Assembly: GCA_965215275.1 (NCBI GenBank)
Contig: OZ244044.1
Span: forward strand, 1,504,001-1,568,000
Length of the DNA stretch: 64,000 nt
From: Thermodesulfobacteriota bacterium
GTDB lineage: Bacteria; Desulfobacterota_D; UBA1144; Nemesobacterales; JAJCZQ01
Direction: 5' to 3'
This document shows positions 57,302 through 64,000 of the stretch, piece by piece. The stretch's first letter is position 1. Every line of letters begins with the position of its first letter. The notes under the pieces were generated by a model. The model was given only the letters and a program-made list of their open reading frames with translations. It searched no databases and was not told where the DNA came from. A program made the position numbers and the translations under genes.

Positions 57302-60300
57302 ATGGCTGCAAAAGGACAGAGCAGCTTAGAAGAAACATTATCTGAATGCAGAGGAATGAGTTCAGACACGGAAGATCCGTTATACGGATGTCAGTGGCAT
57401 CTGAAGAACACGGGGCAGTTAAGTATTTCCGGAAAGAGAATAACAGCAGGAGAAGATATAAACATAGAGGGAGTGTGGAACGAAGACGTATACGGTACCG
57501 GAATTAACGTAGCAATAGTAAGTGACGGTATCGACCTTTCTCACGAGGACCTTTCTGATAAGGTCCGTTCCGGACCGAACTATGATCTTTCTGACAGTTC
57601 ATCCTTTACCGGAACACGAGCGGCAGGTGTAATAGCAGCAACTGGATATAACGGACTGGGAGTAAGAGGAACAGCACCTGGTGCGAGTATATACAGTTAC
57701 GGGTTAACTGGTGATCTCAGGGAAGCGGACGCAAAAGATGCAATGGTCCGTAATAAGGAAATAACTGCTGTATCGGTTAACGGCCGGGGATCTGAGGAGG
57801 GAGCTTTTTTTCAGGAGGCTTCAACTTCCTGGGAAGAAGGAGTGGAACTTGGTATAAGTAAAGGGTTTTATGGTAAAGGTGTGTTTTACGTCCGGGGAGC
57901 AGGGGACGGGCATGAGAATAACGATCAGGCTAATTTTTCTGAATATTCTAATTACTACGGCGTAACTGCCGTGTGTTCAACAGACGGCTTTGGAAAGAAG
58001 AGTATATTTTCAGAAGAGGGAGTAAATCTATGGGTATGTGCACCTGGTTCTGATATTGTAACTACAGATAACAACAACGATTACGTTGTAACTTCCGGAA
58101 CATTTCTATCAGCTTCACAGGTTGCAGGAGTGGCAGCACTGCTGAGAGAGATAAACGGGCAGCTGAGCTGGAGGGATGTAAAGCTTATACTTGCGGGTTC
58201 AGCACGGCAGAACGATTTTTTTGACATGAGCTGGGAGACAGGAGCTGTTAAATACGGTTCTGATACGGAAAGATATAAATATAATCCTAAGTATGGTTTT
58301 GGCGTGGTAGACGCAGAAGCAGCCGCAGAACTTGCCAGAAGCTGGAAAGGCGTAGGTGAAATGAGGACCGTTACAGCTTCTTCAGATAATGAACTGACAA
58401 TCCCTGATGGAGAAGGAGAAGCAGACGGTGTCCTTGTCTCCAGACTTATGATACCGGACCTGGAAGAAACAACATTTACGGAGTTTGTAGAAGTAGAACT
58501 TGTTTTCTCGTGTGACTGCTTACAGGACCTTAATATACAGATAACCTCTCCTTCCGGGACAGTGTCTGAACTTGTGCGGGAGTTTGCCGGGGAGTCTGTA
58601 AGTGGATCTTCAAATGAAGAAGAAAACTGCGTCAGTTACCTGAGAAGAACACATCGTTTCGGGTCGGCTAAACACCTCGGAGAAGACCCTTCCGGAGAAT
58701 GGATCCTTAAGATCTCCGATACTGCTTCCGGAGATGAAGAAGATGGAAAAAACACTGTTACCTTACACTCATGGAGCGTTAAGGTGTATGGGAATTTTTA
58801 TCAGGGACATGGCAGTGAGACAGGTACTAAACATCATGAAATAACCTTTGGTGGTGCAACGATAGATAATCAAGTATATAAAGTAGGTAAAACAATAACA
58901 CCATTAGAGCTACCTAACGCAACAAGAACAGGAGGGGGTACTTTCAGTCTTGCATTGTCTCCTCGTTTATTACCTGCTGGATTGAGTCGTAACGGCAGAA
59001 CTATAAGTGGAACACCAACTGCACCGAAGCAAGAGACTACTTATAGATGGATTGCTTCTATAGGACATGATAATACTGAGATAAGGTTCAACATCACGGT
59101 AGAAGCTAACACAGAACCCACCTTCTCAGGAGCAACTGTCCCAGATCAGATATGGACGGAAGGGGTAAGGATACCAACGTTACGTCTTCCTAATGCAACA
59201 GGAGGTAACGGAACTTTAACATACTTTTTAAGTCCTTCGCAGCCAGTTGGTATAAACAGACAGGACAACAGGTTATCCGGAACACCTACGGAACCTAAAG
59301 GAAGAACTCGTCATACATGGACAGTCAGAGACGAAGATGGTGATGAAGATATTATTGAGTTCTATATTACTGTAAGAGATAAAGATGACGTACCGAGCTT
59401 CGGCAGTGAGACTGTAGAAGATCAGGTGTATGTTGTACGCTCAATAGCAGGTCTTCCAGTAACTCTGCCAGAGGCAACGGGAGGGAATGGAGCATTAACT
59501 TACATTTTACTTCCTTTTTTACCTCGTGGATTGAATTTTGATCCTGACACCCGAGTAATAAGTGGCACACCCACCCGTGCATCCCCTATTAGGAATATGA
59601 TACATACAGTATCAGACATAGATGGAAGTAGTGCTCAATTAGAGTTCAGGATAACAGTAGAACCAAACACGGAACCAACCTTCGGCAATGAAACTATAGA
59701 TAATAAGGTGTACATTAACGGCATTACAGCAGTAATGGAAACACTGCCTGAAGCAACGTCAGGGAATGCACCATTAACTTACAGTTTAACTAGTCTTGGG
59801 TTAATTGATCTTAATTTACCTCGTGGATTGAATTTTGATCCTGACACCCGAGTGTTAAGTGGAACACCCAACCTTGACGCACACGCACGAATACTTCCTG
59901 TAACTCGTACATATACATATAAAGTAACAGACAATGATGGAGATACAGCAGAGATAACGTTCAGTATAACAGTAGAAGAAGACAGCGAACCGGACTTCAG
60001 CGGTGTGACAATACCAGATCGTGTGTACACGGGGAGAACAATAGAGCTGCCAGAGGCAGCGGGAGGGAATGCACCGGTTACTTACAGTATAACACCTGGT
60101 CTGCCAGCTGGATTGATATTTAACGAAGTAACGCGGGAAATAAGTGGGACACCCAGGAGTGCATCATCTGCTGCTTCTTACACGTATACGGCAACAGACA
60201 GGAATGAAGATACGGATACATTGGATTTCATGCTCAGTGTAGAGGTTACTTCTACTCCAGGACCAACAACAGGAAGACCAGGAACGTCAGGTACTGATTC

Positions 60301-60439
60301 AGGCGGAGGTGGAGGAGGATGTGCCGTATCAGAGCAGAGCAGCGTTGCTTTTGATATTCTCGGAGTAATGACATGTCTGATACTTATACCTGTATCAGTA
60401 GCTATCAGAAGGAAGAGAAGAGCTCAGATAAAGACATAG
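57302..60439 (+). CDS. Surface protein paralog 3: inactive S8 kexin-like domain, P-domain, 5 Ig-like repeats, GGGC-TM-basic tail; signal peptide encoded upstream, beyond the poly-C frameshift
   Basis: Same motifs as paralog 2 (VAIVSDGID, TGTRAAG, GTFLSAS); in-frame hydrophobic stretch at 57254-57301 has no start codon. Confidence 0.88.
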   Translation: MAAKGQSSLEETLSECRGMSSDTEDPLYGCQWHLKNTGQLSISGKRITAGEDINIEGVWNEDVYGTGINVAIVSDGIDLSHEDLSDKVRSGPNYDLSDSSSFTGTRAAGVIAATGYNGLGVRGTAPGASIYSYGLTGDLREADAKDAMVRNKEITAVSVNGRGSEEGAFFQEASTSWEEGVELGISKGFYGKGVFYVRGAGDGHENNDQANFSEYSNYYGVTAVCSTDGFGKKSIFSEEGVNLWVCAPGSDIVTTDNNNDYVVTSGTFLSASQVAGVAALLREINGQLSWRDVKLILAGSARQNDFFDMSWETGAVKYGSDTERYKYNPKYGFGVVDAEAAAELARSWKGVGEMRTVTASSDNELTIPDGEGEADGVLVSRLMIPDLEETTFTEFVEVELVFSCDCLQDLNIQITSPSGTVSELVREFAGESVSGSSNEEENCVSYLRRTHRFGSAKHLGEDPSGEWILKISDTASGDEEDGKNTVTLHSWSVKVYGNFYQGHGSETGTKHHEITFGGATIDNQVYKVGKTITPLELPNATRTGGGTFSLALSPRLLPAGLSRNGRTISGTPTAPKQETTYRWIASIGHDNTEIRFNITVEANTEPTFSGATVPDQIWTEGVRIPTLRLPNATGGNGTLTYFLSPSQPVGINRQDNRLSGTPTEPKGRTRHTWTVRDEDGDEDIIEFYITVRDKDDVPSFGSETVEDQVYVVRSIAGLPVTLPEATGGNGALTYILLPFLPRGLNFDPDTRVISGTPTRASPIRNMIHTVSDIDGSSAQLEFRITVEPNTEPTFGNETIDNKVYINGITAVMETLPEATSGNAPLTYSLTSLGLIDLNLPRGLNFDPDTRVLSGTPNLDAHARILPVTRTYTYKVTDNDGDTAEITFSITVEEDSEPDFSGVTIPDRVYTGRTIELPEAAGGNAPVTYSITPGLPAGLIFNEVTREISGTPRSASSAASYTYTATDRNEDTDTLDFMLSVEVTSTPGPTTGRPGTSGTDSGGGGGGCAVSEQSSVAFDILGVMTCLILIPVSVAIRRKRRAQIKT

Positions 60440-60579
60440 TAATGAGGTTCTTTCCAGAAGCATTGAACTAACTGAAATTGTTTCCGTCAGATACAATTTA
60501 GCATAATTACCTATATGATTTTCTAAATTAGTAGTGGTTCTTGACGAAGAGATGGACCTTGATCCATCGGTTCAACAGA

Positions 60580-60915
60580 TTATTCTGCAATTTCAACTAC
60601 TGCGTTCATTGATCCGGTACTTCTTTTCAACCTCCAGTCGGGTCCGTAACGTAGGATCTGATCTCTTTTGAATTCCGCCTCTTCTTTATTTGCATTATAG
60701 ACTATAACTTTACCTGTGAAGTCAACTTCGCAGGCCATTTCGTAGGCAGTTGTTTTACTAATATCAAAAATTTTTTGCAGCATCTCAATAACGTATTCAT
60801 AGGTATGATTATCGTCATCTATGAGAATTACGTTATAAAGAGAGAATTTTTCGACTTTTACTTCTGGAATTTCGTATAGGTCAACTGCTCTTTGCTCTTT
60901 GCAATCAAAGTACAT
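60580..60915 (-). CDS. clpS: ATP-dependent Clp protease adaptor ClpS family protein
   Basis: YNVILIDDDNHTYEYVIEMLQKIF. Confidence 0.85.
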   Translation of the reverse strand: MYFDCKEQRAVDLYEIPEVKVEKFSLYNVILIDDDNHTYEYVIEMLQKIFDISKTTAYEMACEVDFTGKVIVYNANKEEAEFKRDQILRYGPDWRLKRSTGSMNAVVEIAE

Positions 60916-60923
60916 TCTGAGAA

Positions 60924-61358
60924 CTATACTCTATATTTACCCGGTCCGGTAAAGAATAGTCCGATGTAAACTGCAAGTAGTTCCAATGCATGGGAAGCAC
61001 CTTTCCAGCCTGAAGCAGGGCTTTCTGGTGGCAGGTTTAAATGAAACAGGACAGCGATAAACATAGTGAATGCAAGAAGTACTAAAGCAGGTCTGAACAA
61101 GAACCCGATTATAATTAAGAAGGAGCAGAAAAATTCTGCAAAACCTGCCATAAATCCCCAGAACGCGGGAAGAAATTCTATACCGAGCAGGCTCATCTTT
61201 TGCCCCGTTCTTGCCCAGCCTTCAGTGTCTTCAATACCGCTTCTGATCTTTGAGTAACCATGAAAGATCATCATGCTGAGCCCTACCATTATTCTGATGA
61301 TCAGCAAACCGGCATCTTTGTTTAATGGGCTACGAGAAGTCAGGAAATTTATTATCAT
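60924..61358 (-). CDS. DoxX family membrane protein
   Basis: GLLIIRIMVG..HGYSK, AEFFCS, GPGKY. Confidence 0.85.
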   Translation of the reverse strand: MIINFLTSRSPLNKDAGLLIIRIMVGLSMMIFHGYSKIRSGIEDTEGWARTGQKMSLLGIEFLPAFWGFMAGFAEFFCSFLIIIGFLFRPALVLLAFTMFIAVLFHLNLPPESPASGWKGASHALELLAVYIGLFFTGPGKYRV

Positions 61359-61440
61359 TTTAGTTTTATCTCAAAAAATAAGCATCAGTTACATAATACT
61401 TAACTGACTATAATAAAGTATGTCAAATGTATCGTTTAAT

Positions 61441-63999
61441 TCACTTATCGTCTATGTTCTTTACAATTGCGAGCGTGTAGGCATTTGGGTCAATGAACTT
61501 TCTTGCCGTCTTTATAACGTCCTCTTTGGTTACAGAGAGTATTTTTTCCGGATATTTAGTGTATTCATTCCATCCAATTTTGTATATTTCATCAAAAGCT
61601 ATTCTATCAGCCTGTGCTGAGTTTCGCTGCAGTGCTATCTCAAAGCTTCCAACCAGATAGTTTTTTGCCCGGTTCAGTTCTTCATCCGTGATCCCGTGTT
61701 CAAGTAACTTTGCTATCTCATTATTGATCTCATTTATAGCATCTTGTTCCTTGTCGGGAGACGTTCCTATATAGATCCCAAAGGCACCGCTTTCTATGCC
61801 GGGATATAAAAAGGATGTAACTGAGTAAGCCATACTTTTTCTGTCCCTTAGTTCAATAAATAACCTTCCTCCTTGTCCAGCGAAGATCGAATTAAGAACC
61901 TTAAAGGCATAATAGTCCTTATCATAAAACGTGGGACCCAGGAACCCAAGTATAATGTGGGTTTGCTGTTTGTCTTTTTCGTAAATTATTTCTTCTTTTA
62001 TGCGGTTTCGTTTTTTTTCATTTTCAAGAGCGATACTGGCAGGCCCCTCTGAGCTTTGCATGTCCCCAAAGTACTTCTCTATCGTCTCTACTGTTTCACG
62101 CGTGTTAACGTTTCCCACTACGGATATTACAAGGTTGGACGGGCTTGCCAGATCTTTGTAAAAAGCATTTAGATCTTTACTGCTGAACCTTTTTACGTTT
62201 TCCATACTGCCAAGCACGTTAAACCTGTATGGATGCTCTGTATAAAGGGACCTTAGAAAAAGATTGATAGATTTTCTCAGCAGATTATCTTCCTGTCTTT
62301 TTATCTTTGATACGATTTCTCTTCTTGCCCTTTCAATTTCCTGTTTCGGAAAAGATGGATTTAAGACAACGTCTGAAAACAGCTCCATTGCCTGGTCGAA
62401 GTTCTTGCTCGGCGTTTCCACGGCGACACCGAAACTGTTCCTTCCGGAAAACCCTTCAAGTTCCCCTGCAATGGAATCGATCTCCAGAGCTATCTGTTCT
62501 GACGTACGGTTGGCGGTACCTCTTGTTAACATCTCGGATGTAAAGTTCGAAAGTCCGTTTGTAGCTTCGTTCTCATACCTTACACCACCTAAGAACACTG
62601 CTCTTGCGGCAAATAAGGGTACGGAGTGATTCTCTTTGATCAGTACTCTTATTCCGTTTTTCAATACTTTTCTGGTAACTGTACCGTTATCGTCACTGGA
62701 CTTGGACTTTTGTTTATATCTTGACCCAATGAGCCTTGCTTTATCGGTTATCGTGCGCTGTAGCTGGTCTTTGGTAACCGTTTTCTGATCGGAAGGAAGG
62801 AGTACTCCGGCTGTGACGTTCGAATCTGTAAAATACCTGCTTGCAACCTGCTTTATTTTCTCCGGCGTGACCTTGTTTATCTTATCTATGTACTGCCCTT
62901 CATATTCATAACTGCCCGCGTCGACTTCAAATGCACCAAGTTTTTGTGCCTGTCCCTGCATTGTTTCCATTGAATAGATGAAATCACTTTCAATGTTAAC
63001 TTTTGCCTTTTTAAGTTCATCATTGCTGACGGTAAAGTATTTTAATCTGTATATCTGTTCTGTTATTTCCTCAACGGCGCTGGTTACCTTATCTGCCTGA
63101 AGGTTTCCCCCGACCACGAAAATACCGTTGTGCTTGGGGGTGAAAGCATAAGCATAAATGGAATTTACCAGTCCCTTGTCTTCTTTTATCTTTCTGATCA
63201 GCCTTGAACTTTCTCCTTCGCTCAGAATGCTGGCTATAACGTTGAGCGCGGGAGTGTCTTCGTGCTTGATATCGGGAACGTGAAAGGCAATAGAGAAATA
63301 TGCCTCGTTTACGTCTTCATATAAAACAAAGGTTTTAATTGCTTTTTGTTCTGGTTCAGCTGAGATCTTGCATTCGGAGAATTTTCTTTCTTTAAGTTTG
63401 CCGAACGTTCTTTCTATTACCGGCTGGATATTTTTGGTCTTAAAATCCCCTACGATTATCAGTACCATGTTCTGAGGCGTGTACCATTTATTATAAAAGT
63501 TCAGCACTTTTTCCCTGTTGAACGAATCAACGCTTTCTTTCGTGCCTATTATCGGGTTTTTATAAGGGTGTTTTTCGTACGCCGTTGAAAACAGTTTCTG
63601 GCTGAGCACGCGGCCTGGCGTGTCTTTACCTCTTCTTATCTCTTCCTGAACCACTTCAAGTTCCTTTTCAAGTTCGGCGGGGTCAAAGGTGGAGTTTTGC
63701 ATTACGTCCGCCAGAATATCCAGCGTGGAAGTCAGGAACCTGCTTGCACTGACGACGTAATAGACCGTTTCATCAAAAGAGGTGTAGGCGTTTATATTTC
63801 CTCCTCCCCCTTCAATTATCCTGGCAATTTCTCCAACGGCACGTTTTTCAGTTCCTTTAAAGAGCATGTGTTCGTGTACGTGTGCCAGACCACGTTCTTC
63901 TTCGCTCTCGCAGGTGCTGCCGGTCTTAACCCATACGTTTACCGCGGTCACTGGGGAAGAGCTGTTTTCCTGAAGTATTACTGTCAGTCCGTTGTCCAG
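61441..63999 (-). CDS. M16 family zinc peptidase (two-lobed), start beyond the window
   Basis: GLAHVHEHMLFKGT (HxxEH), NAYTSFDETVY; frame is open to the window edge. Confidence 0.93.
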   Translation of the reverse strand: MDNGLTVILQENSSSPVTAVNVWVKTGSTCESEEERGLAHVHEHMLFKGTEKRAVGEIARIIEGGGGNINAYTSFDETVYYVVSASRFLTSTLDILADVMQNSTFDPAELEKELEVVQEEIRRGKDTPGRVLSQKLFSTAYEKHPYKNPIIGTKESVDSFNREKVLNFYNKWYTPQNMVLIIVGDFKTKNIQPVIERTFGKLKERKFSECKISAEPEQKAIKTFVLYEDVNEAYFSIAFHVPDIKHEDTPALNVIASILSEGESSRLIRKIKEDKGLVNSIYAYAFTPKHNGIFVVGGNLQADKVTSAVEEITEQIYRLKYFTVSNDELKKAKVNIESDFIYSMETMQGQAQKLGAFEVDAGSYEYEGQYIDKINKVTPEKIKQVASRYFTDSNVTAGVLLPSDQKTVTKDQLQRTITDKARLIGSRYKQKSKSSDDNGTVTRKVLKNGIRVLIKENHSVPLFAARAVFLGGVRYENEATNGLSNFTSEMLTRGTANRTSEQIALEIDSIAGELEGFSGRNSFGVAVETPSKNFDQAMELFSDVVLNPSFPKQEIERARREIVSKIKRQEDNLLRKSINLFLRSLYTEHPYRFNVLGSMENVKRFSSKDLNAFYKDLASPSNLVISVVGNVNTRETVETIEKYFGDMQSSEGPASIALENEKKRNRIKEEIIYEKDKQQTHIILGFLGPTFYDKDYYAFKVLNSIFAGQGGRLFIELRDRKSMAYSVTSFLYPGIESGAFGIYIGTSPDKEQDAINEINNEIAKLLEHGITDEELNRAKNYLVGSFEIALQRNSAQADRIAFDEIYKIGWNEYTKYPEKILSVTKEDVIKTARKFIDPNAYTLAIVKNIDDK

Positions 64000-64000
64000 A

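Overview
Bacterial chromosomal window. Gene content and order suggest a Desulfobacterota/Dadabacteria-like organism, but that is only an inference. The backbone is housekeeping: the 3' end of nuoL, glnA/glnB with a sigma54 promoter and NtrC-type site, rnc, ntrBC, hom, coaD, rsmD, gyrA, leuS, thiE, thrC, trmB, aroB, apt, a TamA/BamA-type protein, rlpA, panBCD, clpS, an M16 peptidase and two tRNAs. Two accessory systems stand out. (1) Two IS1595-family elements (12018-15071 with an 8-bp target duplication; 33614-36119) share one layout: TIR, transposase, DNA methyltransferase, restriction endonuclease, a conserved ~55-aa basic microprotein missing from the ORF track, TIR. Their restriction-modification (R-M) cargoes are unrelated. 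(2) Three dispersed paralogs encode a secreted kexin-like S8/P-domain protein with the catalytic residues replaced, then 4, 7 or 5 Ig-like repeats and a GGGC-TM-basic sorting tail. Each has poly-C tracts at its 5' end (two tandem tracts in two copies) that look like phase-variation switches. Also seen: a decayed IS1595 transposase, orphan TIR-like ends, a type III Mod remnant beside a DUF1828-like gene, a helicase-nuclease fusion, and a CDS whose stop codon lies inside a tRNA. All family calls are from motif recognition by eye; no searches were run.
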